A stretch of DNA of 64,000 nt from Scyliorhinus canicula (taxonomy: Eukaryota). The stretch is from NCBI RefSeq assembly GCF_902713615.1, contig NC_052154.1, positions 81,137,072-81,201,071 on the forward strand. The letters are read 5' to 3'. Numbering within the stretch: the stretch's first letter is position 1; every line of letters begins with the position of its first letter. Positions 12,330 to 26,600 of the stretch are shown piece by piece. The notes beneath the pieces were generated by a model, which saw only the letters and a list, made by a program, of their open reading frames with translations, searched no databases and was not told where the DNA came from. The translations under genes were made by a program, and so were the position numbers.

Positions 12330-15050
12330 TCTGCCCCTATTTCGCAAGTTTGCCCCTGTTCCATGCTTCGGTATTTAATTGACGAGGACATCGACAGGGA
12401 GATAGACAAGCAGGATGTGCATGTAACAAAGGGAATCTGTGGCAATGGATGCTGGGCTAACCGTAATCTCATTTCAGAGTTACAGAGCACACTATGTCCT
12501 GCAAGCCAACTGCCCTCTCCATGTAGATCAACAAGTGTCTCAATATCTGATAGTTCAAACAGGAAATGATGAAGGAATCTTCCTCTGAGGTACTCACGAG
12601 ACGCCTCTATAAAGCAACAATAGTCACCTCATCAAAGATAATTAGGTGGCCTTCAGGCATAACGCGGACTTCATTGTTCCCGAGGCCCTTGACCGGACCT
12701 CTTATAACACGAAGATTGGTGAGACGAAAATCCCGAGGGTCATCCAGATACAACTGTTGCAGGGACAGCATATCCACAAGGATTACTTCAATGACGAGTC
12801 GTCACTATCCAAGAACGATTGCCACTGACACGTCCACAGGACAGTCTAATGCAAGCTCAGAGAAATGTAAGAAACTTCAGTGAATCAGAAAGCAGACGAA
12901 CCTCAGTAATATACCAATGCCAATGACTAAAAGTTATGATATGATACCCTGAAATCTCTCTGCTGGCCCTAGTTTACTGGCTCATCATCAATTCTCAGTG
13001 CTGTGCTCACATGCAAAGTTGAAGTTCGAGAAAGATGGCCACAGCTTGTAAAATACATTTTCAGTCAGTCTTTATCCATCAATGAAGTATCGACCAACAG
13101 TATTCCACAGACTTACATGAAATATTTTCTTGCCGACCTTCTCTCACCCCCCCCCCCCCCCCCCACCTCCACACTACGATGCTTTTAGGAACAATGAAGG
13201 ACCTCTAGCTCCTGGATATCGGGAAAGCTCCAGGCACTGATGATGCATCGACAGACATCAAAAAGCTGGGGTCAAGGGCTAATCAAGAAAGTCACTCTAC
13301 TCTTTCAGCCTGTGTGAGAGCAAGGGACCATCCCACAAGAATAAAACAATGTCCCCATTTTTCACCTATGGAAACGGAAATAAGTTTTTCAATCTTGTGC
13401 TATCAAAGAAGAATACATTTCCTCTCTATAACTAGGTACATCTTTACCCAAATCCCCCTGAAGTACTCGGTACAACATCTTCACCAAGATGTTCCGTCAG
13501 AGAATCTGCGGTTTCAGAACAATGTCCAGGAACCGCTGATATGGTGTTCTAGGTTGGATAGCTCCAGGAGAAATGTGACAAAAACAGCATGAACATCAAA
13601 CTGATGCATGTTGGACTGACCAGAACATCGACTCAGCCATAAGGGAATTGGAAGGTAATGTAGAAATGTGGCTACCCTGACGAATTCAGCACAAAGGTTC
13701 GACAACGTGCCCTGAACGAAAGTGTGTCTTCTGACATCTACTGAGTCACTGAAGAGCTAAAGGAGGCTGCATGCTAGCAACAACCCTCTTGGCATGTTTT
13801 CCCTGCAATGCCCTCTCTAATACTTTCTATGACGTTGCTCCTTTCACCGAATTCATATACTATACGGGCGGGAAGCGCTTCAATATGAGGCAACTCCGGG
13901 ACATGGTTCACGAATTCCTGTTTATTGATGACTGTGTACAAACTGCAAGATTGGAGCTCAGCAACCAACATAGAATCATAGAATCCCTACATTGCAGAAG
14001 GAAGCCATTCGGCCCATCGAGTCAGCACCGACCCTCCAAAAATGCACCCTACCGAGGTCCAATCCCCCGCAACCCTGTCTAACCTTATGACGCTTCGGGA
14101 CAATTTAACATGCACAGTCCACCTAACCTCCACATCTGTGGACTGTAGGAGGAAACCGGAACACCCGAGGAAACCCACGCAGAACCGTGGAGAATGTACA
14201 AACACCACATGGACAGTCCCCCAAGGTCGGAATCGAAGAGGGACCCTGGCGCTGTGTGGCAGCACGGTTCGCCACCGATTCACAGTGCCATATAGATTTG
14301 TTCTTTAAAGCATGTGAGAATTCATTATCAGCAGGAAGAAAACTGCAGTAATTTACCAGCCTGCTCCAGCGAAGCTCCGCTTCGAGTCCAATGTTTGAGT
14401 CCATGAGTTCGAACATGAGCAGTGTCTGCAGTGCAACGTTTGCTTATCTCAGCAGCATTCTCCCTCTCGATCTGCCAAGCTGAGATGAGGCACGTGCAAT
14501 AATTTCGAACGCTATTGTATCCGTCGGCAGTCTTCAAACAACAATCTGTGAATGACGGCAAGTCTGTCTCCCAAACTGAAATTCTATAGAGCAATTTTCA
14601 TGTCCCCTTTTCTCTATGCAAGGCGTTCACTGGACTGTGTACATGTATCATGCCAAGAAGCTTAATCCCTTTCACTTGAGGTACCCTTGAAAGTTTATAA
14701 ATGTCATAAAGCAGTCGGCAAACACCAGAAACTGAGGTACATGCCCGTGTCATGCTAAGCACCCACAACTGAATGAGAGATTCACAACTAGTCCGGATTG
14801 TGTATATGGGCAGAATTCCTGATACCCGCCTACCAAATGGAGTCTTTAAGAGAGAGCTCGAGTCTGGGAAGTAATCTCATGGTGGCCAAAGGCAGAGCTG
14901 CAAGGATATGATGAAAACATTGCTAAGGCGTTTTGACATCAACTCCGAGTCCTGGGTGAAAGTCAGCCAGGATTATGACACCATGTGCAGCAACGCAAAC
15001 ATTGTGCAGTATTCTGTCCCATTTGCAATCCCCAACGGTGCCTTCAGAAC
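12330..15050 (+). mobile_element. RTE-clade LINE remnant interrupted by a SINE
   Basis: GGKRFNMRQLRDMVHEFLFIDDC matches the RTE/BovB-type RT motif. Decayed endonuclease at 12550-12900 and C-terminal part at 14700-15000. Confidence 0.7.
13971..14280 (-). mobile_element. V-SINE/HE1-like SINE nested in the RTE remnant
   Basis: Same head, core and tail. Confidence 0.8.
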
Positions 15051-15689
15051 ATACGAATATATGAAGAAGGAGCAAGAGTCGCTCATTCAGGCTTTCAAGC
15101 CTGCTAGGGCATTCAGTAAGATTATGCCAGATTTAGTATTTGCCTTAAATTTGCATTCCGGCTACGCCTAGTAACCTATCGACCCGTTGCTTAGCAAGGA
15201 TCTCTTCATGTCTGCCTTAAAAATATTCAAAGACTTCACTTCCAAAATCTTTTCAGTAAGATTCACAACTCTGAACAAATTCGCTTAATTTGCGTTATAA
15301 ATGGGTGACCGCTTGTTTTTATACAGTGTCCTCTAATTTTAGATTCTCCTACAAGGGGCGACATCCTCTCCATATCCACCCTGACCAGACACCTCGGGAT
15401 CTCTGATGTGACGCTTAATACGCTTCTTCATCTTCTGAACTCCATAGAAGCCTGAGTAACCTCCCCTCACAAAGCAATCCACCCATTCCAGGTATTAGTC
15501 TGGTAAACGTTCTCTGGACTGCTTCCAACACGTTTACATCATTCCTTCAATAAGCCGACCAATATTGTGCACATCCAGATGTGGTCTTACTTGTGCACTG
15601 TGCAACTGAAGCATAACCTCCCAACTTTGTTATCAATTTCCTATGCATAAAATTATAACATTCCATACATATTCCGAATTACTTGATGA

Positions 15690-17225
15690 GCGGCATTCTT
15701 CGTAGGCCGACGCCAAAATCGGAAACACGATTGGCTGACAATTGGTTCTGATGCCGAAATCGCAGCGGGCACTGATTTCATGCCAAATCGCAATTCTCCG
15801 TCGCATCGACAGCGGCCTTAATGCATTCCAGAATGCCTGTACAGTAAATGCTGTTTACATAACATTAGTGGGCCTGACCCGGTATTCTCCGAGGCCTCCG
15901 TCATTCAATGCATTCGATGGGCAGAATTCCCGATGGCGCACTTCACTTGTGTTTTTAACAATTGTGAAACCGGCGTTGTGGCTGATGACGGAGAGAGAGA
16001 GACGGTAAGACATAGAGGGGTGCGAATGTGGGCTATTGGGCCGGACAGTGGCCGGGCTGAATGATGTGGGAGGGCCCTGCCAGGGTCAGGGGGTGAAGGC
16101 GGAATGGGCAGTGTAGCCAGGGTGACCCCGATGAAACCGGGGCAGTGTCCATGAACGGACCATCATTACCAGGGCCTGCAAGGCAGCCTTCTTTCAGAGT
16201 ACCCCACTGACTGCCCACCTTGGCCTTAGCTCTGCAGAGTGACACCGGACGTATGGGTACCCTCCCCCTCCACACCACACCCAACTTCTGCCATACTATG
16301 CACAAACCAACCGTCACCTGCTGGCAGGGCATTAGTTGGTCAACCAAGGACAATGAACAATGTAGCCCCTAAAGGGTCGCCAGGCAGGGACAGTGAAGCA
16401 TACTGCTGGCATGGGCAGCACCAGCGGCTGGTACCCCTGGCAGCAGGGATCGGCACCAGGGCCACAGTTCCCAAAGTGCCGGGCACTGATGGGGCGAGGG
16501 GTTCGGGGATGGTGTGGGAGACATGACGGAGCACAGTCGGCAGAGCCAACTGGGGATAGGATGTAGTCCATTGGACTTGGTTGGGCACGGGAATACGCAC
16601 TATGTTAACATGTTGGCATTTCACCCCCTGCAAAAATCGGATATTGGAATTCAACCACAATGAAATCAAATGAAAATCGCTTATTATCACAAGTAGGCAT
16701 CAGTGAAGGTACTGTGAAAAGACCCTAGTCGCCACATTCCGGCACCTGTTCGGGGAGGCTGGTAAGGGAATTGAACCCTGCTGCTGGCTCTGCTTTAAAA
16801 GCCAGCGATTTAGCCGAGTGCGCTAAGGTGGCCTTCCTGTTAATTGCCTCAGCCCTGGGGATGCTCTATGTCTGTACAAGCTGGCATTGGTCGAGGAGGA
16901 GAAAGCTGCAGCAGCAGAGCATGCAACAGGGGAGCGTACAGGATTGGAGCCTGCCCCAGAGGAACAGGAGGCAGACACCAAGATGGACAGATAGCATCCC
17001 AACAGGCAGAGGAAGAGGTGCCAAGGAGGCACCACATGAGGCCTCATATGTACCGGAAGAGCTTGACATTCGAGAACCTGCCAGACCAGGCATGTCGTTG
17101 AAGATTCCAGAGCAGGGGAACAGTGCGATATATCTACCTGATCCTGGCACATCTGCCACCGTGGGTGAATGGGGGAGGACACCCGCTCCTGGAGCCATCA
17201 AGGTGATGGTTTGCCCTGAGTGATT
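15690..17225 (+). mobile_element. Older PIF/Harbinger remnant (left end plus transposase N-terminus), interrupted by a short SINE
   Basis: 15700-15990 resembles 55640-55930. The transposase start PHMYRKSLTFENLPDQACR is in ORF 16844..17101. Confidence 0.7.
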
Positions 17226-17424
17226 GTGCAAGACAATGAAATGTATATTCGGGAAATTAAACAAGACGTTAAACAAGAAACTGAGGGAAATGAAGAAACA
17301 AATCAACCAGGATTAGATTTTGTGAAAATACTGGACGAGTATGCAAAAATGGTTAACCAAGAAAAGGTTAATGATTCAGGCCAGAATCAGAATTGAACTC
17401 TTTGCAGTATTTATGTAAATTATG

Positions 17425-17810
17425 ATGTGGAGATGTCGGTGTTGGACTGGGGTGAGCACAGTAAGGAGTCTTACAATACCAGGTTAAAGTCCAGCAGGTT
17501 TGTTTCAATTTCAAACACTAGCTTTCTGAGCACTGCTCCTTCCTCAGGTGAATGAAGAGGTATGTTCCAGAAACATATATACAGACAAAGTCAAAGATGC
17601 AAGACAATGCTTTGAATGTGAGCATTTGCAGTTAATTTAAGACTTAATTACCTGCAAATGCTCGCATTCAAAGCATTGTCTTGCATCTTTGACTTTGTCT
17701 ATATATATGTTTCTGGAACATACCTCTTCATTCACCTGAGGAAGGGAAAGTGCTCCAAATGCTAGTCTTTGAAACAAACCTGTTAAACTTTGATCTGGTG
17801 TTGTAAGACT
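17425..17810. mobile_element. Penelope-like fold-back fragment (~100-bp core arms)
   Basis: Same family terminus. Inverted arms at about 17538-17637 and 17645-17745. Confidence 0.7.
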
Positions 17811-17829
17811 TCTTTATGGAAATTGTTTG

Positions 17830-18830
17830 ACAGAGGAAAAATGTGGAAGAATGTAATAAAGGATTGGTGCCATCATGGATTAGCAATGAGCAGTTACAAA
17901 ACTTGACCAATAAGGACATTCACCCGAAAATTACAGGTGACAACTTAGACAGCTGACTAAAGTTTGGTTCAATTAAGATTGTAAAGTGATCAGTGGAAAA
18001 GCAATAGGGATGGTACGAGGGATTCCCATCATCCCACCTGACGAGTCCGGGGTGTGGATCTTTGATTTCCATACAGGACCATACAGCACGATTTGCGAAT
18101 TGGACACAAATGTACGCCCCTATGTGTGGTAGAACAGAATAAAACATGAGCAGGAACTATGCTGGACAAATACAAACAAGCCAGAAAAATTATAATCTGT
18201 CCATATCCAATAAACCCCTCTGATCAAGCCAAGTGTGGATTTAAGTCAAATGAGAATGTCACTTCTACCCCAGAGGTTAGAACCCAAAAAACAGATATCA
18301 CAAACATCGTACTTGTAGGTAAAGAAAAATATTGTGTTACCACCTCAGTGAGAAGCTAACGGTATGGGACCAGCATATGTCCGTTGAGAACCTCAGGTTT
18401 TGCATAAAACCTCAGGTTTCAGCTAGAATTGTACAATTGAGTTAGTTGATACTCATAAACGAAAACAAGAGTGAATTGATGTAATGGAGGAAATTAATTC
18501 GGAATTTAAGGACTATTGGGGAAAATATGTGACAAATATAGAACTGTTGCCAGAAATGTTAATAAACGCCTTAAATATGCTTATATAACACACCAGCGGG
18601 TAGTACAATAAGTAAGTGTAATCAAAACCGACATACTGAAATGAAGGAAACTAATTGGTAGGATGATATTTGGAACTGGGGAACAAATATACAGCTTTAC
18701 CCACGGAAATTAATTTTATCCCATTTATAATAATAACCATGCTTATTATTATATTGTTTGAAACTTATTATAATTATGTCAAAGTACTGGAAAGTTAAGA
18801 TGGAAAAGAAATTAGACATGGAGTTGTGCT
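17830..18830 (+). mobile_element. Decayed retroviral/LTR-element env-like remnant
   Basis: Broken frames: NKGLVPSWISNEQL, GMVRGIPIIPP, the Cys-rich IICPYPINP...KCGF...GKEKYCVTT...ICP, then a Trp-rich W*DDIWNWG followed by a hydrophobic stretch (TM-like). Confidence 0.45.
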
Positions 18831-20049
18831 TGGGAAAACGGGAACGAATAATGGAAAAATGATATGCCAATGAATAATTATATATACATACATTGCTGCA
18901 ATTGCTTTACGTAGTTATGATCAATTGTAACGCAGCTTGGATTTGAATATCTACCTGATAGGAAGATCCGGCTAATGGTGTTTGTAACCCACTTCGCTCA
19001 ATTTAGTGGATCAAATGGAGGAATGAGGCCAATGGCTCACATTGTGTCGTGAAGCATGAGGGGAAAAAAGGCTAACAGTGGACATGAAGTTAAAAGAAAA
19101 CAAGAGATTTGTGTGCACAAACTACAACTTAGTAGAATGAATACCGTGGGAACAGACAGGATAACTTGCAACTGGACTTTTCACTGAAAATACTTTGTTT
19201 TGAAACAGCAAAAACATGCTTCTTTCAAAGATGAATTAGGCGCATGTGCTACAGGATTGTTTATATGAATGAACTATCAACCAAGAACTGAAATCATAGA
19301 AATAAAAAGTTTGGAGATTTCAGCAACGATAAGACTGGGATCAACATTCGCAAGACAAGACTCAAAATTTGGAAACTCACCGCGCACACACTCCAGAGCC
19401 AGCCTGGCCAGGTTCTCGCAATCGGGTAAGAATTTTAGTTCAAATTGTGTGTCTTGAAACTTACGTTACTGTTTAAATGACAGCGAGTTCAGTGAGTTTA
19501 AATGTGTTCAATACAATAATAAATACTAATAATTGTGATTCAAGTTATATTAAAATTAAGCTGACTGTGATGACTTACATGTCTGTTTCGTCAGTTGAAG
19601 CCAGCAGAGGGCAGCAACACTATTCGCATCACTTGCCTGATGAATGCAGCTTCAACAGCACTCATAAAGCCCCACATTGTCTAAGATAAAGGGCCCACTT
19701 GATTGGCACCACATCCACCACAGTCAAAACTTACTCTCTCCACCACCGGCAGCAGTGTGTACCATCTACAAAATGCATTGCAACCACTCACCAAGTCTCA
19801 ATTGACAACACCTTCGAAACCATTGACACCTGCTGGGTAGAAGATTCATGGAAACAGGACATCATTTAATTTTCCCTCCAAACCACACACCACCTTGACT
19901 TGGAAACATATCGCACGTCTCCTTGCAGCCGCTGGGTCAAATGCTGGAGCTCCCTTCATACTACTAACGTGGCTGTCCCTACAACACAAAGGCTACAAGG
20001 AAGTGGCTCACGAACACTTTTTTTTGTTTTTTTTGTTTTTGTTTTTATA

Positions 20050-20264
20050 AATTTAGAATATCCAATTTATTTTTTCCAATTAAGGGGCAATTTAACGTGG
20101 CCAATCCAGCTAACCTGCACATCTTTGGGTTGTGGGGGTGAAACCCACGCAGACACGGGGAGAATGTGCAAACTCCTCACAGACAGTGACCCAGGGCCGG
20201 GATTCGAACCCGGGTCCTCAGCTCCGTAGGCAGCAATGCTAACCACTGTGCTACCGTGCCGCCC
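20050..20264 (-). mobile_element. V-SINE/HE1-like SINE
   Basis: Same head and core, with an A-rich tail. Confidence 0.8.
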
Positions 20265-23200
20265 TCGAACACTTTCTTCAAGGGAAATTAGGGATGGACA
20301 GTAATTTTTTGCCTAGCTAGCGAAGCCCACATCCCAGGAATTAACACATTTTTAAAATGCTGGTCCATTGTGTATTTGTGGCGTACTTGTGGCTCCTTTT
20401 AAGGTTTGCAGTAATAATGCTCCCGCTGGGGTTCACTAACTGAAACATAGCTCCATAAAAACATACGACTTCGAGGCAGCAATAAGACATTTTGCCCTGC
20501 CAATCTGCGCCAACATTCAATAAAATTGTATTGTCTGGTTGTGGCCTCAACTGTACGTTGCTGTCTGTTCCGCAAAATCCTTGACTCTATCTTGAGTAAA
20601 TTCAGTGACCCTGCTTCCATTATCCCTTGGAGAAGAGAATTCCATGAACGGATGACAGTCTGAAAGAAATAAAAATGTCATCTTGTCCGTCTTAAAATAG
20701 AGACCTCTTACTCTTAAACGGTGTCCCATACTTCTCATGACCCCCGCAACTTGAAACATCCTTCCCGTATCTACCACGTCAAGCACCCCCCAAGAATCTT
20801 AAGTGTTTCTATAAGTGTTTCTGATCTCCAAGGGTTTAGGTCCGACCTCTTCAACCTTTCTTCACAGGATAACCGCTTCATTCCAGTAATGGGTCGAGTA
20901 AACACTCTGAGTACTGCTTCCAATATCAGTTTTGCTTTCAAGTTAAGAGACTAGCCTGGGCACAGTATTTACCATGTGCTTTTATTCATATTTCAGGTGA
21001 TGAATGAGGCACAAGGCAAACGAACTGCTTTCATATGAGTGAAGATGAGAGGTTCGACGGCAATTGGACCTGAACTCGTCCAGGGAAATGGGTCTTAATG
21101 CATAATATGTGATTTTTAGATAGCGGACAGACTTTTTGATGTCAGGATGTGAGAAACGTGTCTCAGAATTCCTAGCTTCTGGCCTCCATTTTCAATTTCA
21201 ATATTTATTTGGCTGCTGCCGTTAGATCTCTGATCAATGTTGCCTCACAGCATTTTGACGATGGGTGATTCAGGGATGATAATGCCATTAAATGTTAAGG
21301 GCAAATTGTTAGGTTCCCGCTTGTTGGAGATGGTCCAAGTTAGACACTCCTGTAGTTTAAATGTTACGTGCGACTCATCAACTGAAGCGTGAATGTTGTC
21401 CAGGTTATTCGGCAAATGGAAACGGACTGTTTCATCGTCTGGTAAGCTTTATATAGACGAAAATTCTCTGCAACCATCAGCTAACATCCTATTTCAAACA
21501 CATGGGTGCATTTACACCAACATGGACTCCGCGTTTCAAGAAGGCAGCTCATCCTCACCTTCTGAAGAGCAATTAGGGATTGTAACTTGACAGAGAGGCC
21601 CATATCCCGTAAATGAATGAAAAAGTATCTGATGAAAATAGGGCAATTAATGAAACTACCGGAAATGGTTGTGTGTTGAACATTGTCCCGTGGATCTCCT
21701 TCAGTAATCCCTGGGATCTGAAGATAGATCTCCAGCAATCGCTCCCAATTTTCTTCGTGACAGATGTCATTCCGCGCAGTTGAGAGCTATGCCTCCCATT
21801 CCCACTGTCTTCGCTTTTACCATGATGCCACACTCGGGTAAGTGAACATAGAACCTAGAACATACAGTGCAGAAGGAGGACATTCGGCCCATCGAGTCTG
21901 CACGGACCCACTTAAGCCCTCACTTCCACCCTATCCCCGTAACCTAATAACCCATCCAAACCTTTTTGGTCACTAAGGGCAATTTAGCATGGCCTCCTTC
22001 TGCACTGTAGATTCTATGATGATTCTATGATGACAAAATTTCAGGATTTTTCCCTACGATGGTTGGCGAATTTACAATACGATTCTGCCAATTGTGACAC
22101 ATTTTGCTCCATTCAATAAACAGCAGTAGAATGGAATCTATCAGCGACTGTGCTATCAAGCGACTCAGTAATATCCTGCTCAATTATGCCCAGTTTGGGT
22201 TCAGCCAATTGTCAAACTTGGACAAAAAAACTGAATTCCAGAGGCGATGTGGGATGACTGACGTTGACACCACTTTCGGGCAGCACGGTAGCACCTCACA
22301 TCGCCAGGGTATCAGGGAACCTGCACGTCTTTGGACTGTGGGTCCGCAGACACGGGGAGAACGTGCAGACTCCGCACAGACAGAGGCCCAGCGGGCAATA
22401 ACCTGGGCTGTGAAGCCACAGTGCTACCGTGCTGCCCGAAAGTGCTGTCAATGTCAGTCATCCCACATGGCCTCTGGAATTCGTGACGGGAAGTTTGCCA
22501 TCATAGAATCTTCAGTGCAGAGTTCGGCCCATCTTAACCGGCTCTTGGAAATCGACCTAACCTTTGTGGACACTAAGGGCACTTTAGCATGGCCAGTCCA
22601 CCGAACGTGCACATCTTTGAACTGTGGGAGAAAACCGGAGCACCCGGACGTATCCCACGTAAACTGTGACCGAAGTCGGGAATCGAACGTGGGAGCTGTG
22701 AAGCAACTACCCTAACCACTGTGCCACCCTGCTACCCTTATGAATCTCTCAGGATTTCGAACCCAATATTGGACACGATGATTTCAAGGGTCCGCTACAA
22801 TAGTCTGTAAAAACACAGACCTGTTGTTTTGTCATGAGATAACATCTGTGAAACGTGGAACGCGTTCGCACATAGAATCTCTCTTGCCCATTTTGGCGCT
22901 TGCACGGAGCCATTCAGACAGACAAGGGAATATATAGGAAATAATCAAATTACAGGTCATGCCGAAATTGCTCGCACAGGGGAACAATTACGGCCTGTTC
23001 CCATAGATCACGTTTCAGAATTGGATTGATTTAAAACATGGCACTGGGTTGTGTATTATAGTCTTATGCGGCAGTACTGAACTGAACGTCAGATAAAACT
23101 AGAATGCTGACCATGCAGAAAGTAAGATGTATGCTTAAACAATCACTACATAAACACTATTAATTATCTGGATATTAAGTAAACTGCAATTAAGGGAAAT

Positions 23201-25774
23201 CAAGCAGCAATGGGTGCAATCCCACAAGTTTCTAAAATCCAAACTGCGTCTTTCTTCCCTATATGATAGCATCACTGAACTCAAGTCAAATAGAATTGAA
23301 CAAAATGGACAAAAAGTCAACTGTGAGTTCTCAAAATTATTGTGAGGTCAAATATATCTCTCCCCCACCGCTGATACGACTTGTAATGCTGCAATCTTTA
23401 TCATCTCGAAAAATGATACGGAAGTGAAAAAGATCGACTCATGCCAGAAACAAATTACAGAATTTACATACTCATCCTGATATTTTGGTCGAAAGCACAC
23501 ATGAGTTATTCCAATGAGGAAAAAGAATAGATTTCGGCCATGTTGTCCCTCACAATCGAAAGCCTACCGTAACCAAGGGTGTTTAGATGATCACATTGAC
23601 GTCCCATACCAGCAGTGCAGTTCTCCGCTAACATAAAAGCAACACTTTCGGGAAACCAGGGGTGAGCACAGAAGGGATAAAAGTCAGAATCAAATATCCG
23701 GCAACCAGAAGCAACGCACCGGCATAAAACTCTAATGTCCGATAGACCCACATCAAATACTCACAATGTTGCCATACTGTAATCTTGTAATATCTACCAC
23801 ACGACATTTGAATTAAATACCGTCCGGCCCGTAGAGACATAGAAAGGTAGGAACATAGGAAATATGGTGGCCAGTCAGCCCTTCATGGCTATTCTGCCAT
23901 TAAATTGCACTTTGCTGATCGTCTGCCTCAACGTCATTTCTCCACATTAACCCCATATCCCTAGATGTCTTTACCAACTATAAATCCATCGATGTCTGTC
24001 TTAAATATACGCAGTCACTGAGCCGCCACAACCCTCTGGGATAGAAGATTCCTTAGATTTACCACACACTGAGTGAGACCCCTCTTGCTAATCTCTGCCG
24101 GAAATGAGCTACTACGCATTCTGACGCCCCCTCTCGCTTCAACTGCTCCATGATCCCACCCCCGCCCACAACCAGGCAGGATAAATTAAATAATTTCGCT
24201 ATTATTATTAACGGTCATGGCAGTGACTAGAAAAAGAACTGATGCGCATGTGCGATGATTTTTTTAAAAAATTGTTTCACCGTGCAGGCAACATATTGTT
24301 TGAGAATCACGCCAGCAGCCTCCGACGCAGAAAATCTACAGCAACTAAACAAATATTGTATACATGAAGCGGCGTTATTAGCACCATACATATATGTTTA
24401 CGCGCTATTTTGTTCCGTCAGTCAGGTTTTACGCTCCCTCATGTTGTTTAGTCACTGTTCTTGTTAAATTGTTTAAATAATTCATTATTGGCTAAATCTG
24501 ATGTATTTGTACACGGAAATAGGTACGACTGGTACAGTTGACCCTTGCTATGTCTTTCTCAACACTCTTTATTCCACGATTGAGTATCTAAATTAATCCC
24601 CATCTCATAACAGCTCACATCTCATCTTGTATCATCTGTTTCGTGGTGCCGCAATGGAAAACACCAGTTTGAACTACTTCATGCAAATATTAGCCTAATT
24701 GACTAGCTATTGTAAAATAAAGTATATGTTTCTAATTTTTAGCCCAACTTGTGAAATGTTTGTAAAAATACTGCGGTCAACTGACCCGACATGATGTATG
24801 CCACCTCGGTATTGAACTAGATTGGATGACGAGAAATATTTCAGATCTTCACTTTATCTTTGGTGCTAAGAATAAATTTCAAATTGTTTTCCACTTTGCG
24901 AGCATATCTGCAAAGTAAACAAAAAATAAAAATGAAAAAGTAACCTCTTTGTAAAGTTGCAGGTTATAACAAATTATTTCAAATGTGCAAATCTATAGAA
25001 TCTACAGAAGCACAGGCTGGCTGGATATCCATTACTCAAAGCCAACTAGCGTAAGATTTCATTGCCTTTATTAGACAAATGGTTCTGTAATTTTGAGTTG
25101 AATGTTGTAAGGAGCCTTCCTGTTGACTCCCTTATATCCTATTTATTTTATTTTGACATTATCGTTTTTGCTCCATGGATGTTTAATGCAGACAAAGTAC
25201 GTTTAAATCGAGCAGAGAGTGTTAGGAACTCAAAAGCTGCAAAAGAGCACACTCTGCTATGCAGGATTAGATTTTTAACAGTAGAACCCAGGCTTTATGC
25301 GCTCGAGAGGTTGATTCGGTTGGATTGATAGTGTGGTCGCCAGTTGGATTGGTAGGGTGGTGGCCAATGGACTGGCTAGGGACAGTATCTTTCCCGGTAA
25401 CAGACAGCGATTGGGTCCTGCCAAGTAAGATGTTCAGAGGACGAAGCAGAAAGCTTCCGAACTCTGAAAGAGGAAACTGTGTTGGTCCCTCTTTCTCCAT
25501 CTCTTTCTTTCACATGTTGACTGCTTGTTGTTTCTGTGAATTTACAGAGAAGTCACTGGACTCTAAAGGTCGAACCAACTCTCTCTCTTTGTTCTGCTGC
25601 TTACAATCGAAAGGCAGACGTCTCTAGAGCCTGATGACTCTTCAGTGAAAACCATTACAGACTGAAAGCAAAGGCATCATCCAAATATAGGCCGAGACTG
25701 AAAAGATCCAACAGTAATTGGCAGAACCCTTAAGAGTATTGAAGGCTGAGGGATCTGGGTGTACAGGTGCAGAG

Positions 25775-26402
25775 ATCACTGAAGGTAGCAACGCAGATGG
25801 AGAGGGTAGTCACGAAGGCAAACGGTATGCATGCCTTCATTGGCGGGGGCCTTGAGTATAAAACTAGGCAAGTCGTGCTGCAGCTTTTGAACCTTAGATA
25901 GGCCATACTTGGAATATAGTGTTAAATTCTGGTCGCCACTTAACCAGAAGGATGTGGCGGCTTTGGAGGGGGTACAGAAGATGTTTACCAGAATGAAGCC
26001 TGGTATGGAGGGCATTAGAGGTGAGGGACTTAGATTGTTCTCACGGGAACAACGGAGCTTGAGGGGCGACGGAGCTTGAGGGAAGTGTACAAAAGTATGA
26101 GGGCATGGAGAAAGTGGATAGTCATAAGCCTTTCCCCAGGGTATAAGAGTAAATTACTAGGGGACATGGTTTTAAGGCACGAGGGGCAAAGTTTAGAGGA
26201 GAGTTGCAAGGCAATCTTTTTACACAGAGAGTAGTGGGTGCCTGGCAGAGGAGTTGGAAGCAGGTAAGATAGAGACGTTGAAGGGGCGTCTTAAGAGGGA
26301 TACCGACTCCGGAAATGTAGATAGTTTTAGGTTAGATGAGCAGCATGGTCGGCTCAGGCTTAGAGGGCCGAAGGGCCTGTTCTTGCGCTGTACTTTTCTT
26401 TG
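25775..26402 (+). mobile_element. CR1 LINE 3' fragment
   Basis: LRPYLEYSVKFWSP...ALEGVQKMFTRM pattern followed by a CR1 3' UTR. Confidence 0.75.
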
Positions 26403-26431
26403 TTTTTGTTCTTTGGAGGACATTCATCTGA

Positions 26432-26600
26432 CATCTGGATTCTGCGGTCTCCAAACTGTCTGTTTCTCGGCGGTACGGTGGTTCACTGGCTGCGGGATTC
26501 TCTGCTCCCCCCGTCTTGTCAGTGGGAAAGCCACCCCATGCCGCCGGGAAACCTGCGGGCGAGGATGTGCTGCTGGCGGGACCAGAGAATCGCAATCATT
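26432..26600. mobile_element. Harbinger-type MITE fragment
   Basis: gcgggattctctgctccc...ccagagaatcgc resembles the TIR seen at 55615. Confidence 0.4.

Noticed and set aside
16771-17223. 150-aa ORF with an apparent TM segment and basic residues
   Set aside because: It spans a SINE/Harbinger junction, and the other frame is the transposase N-terminus.
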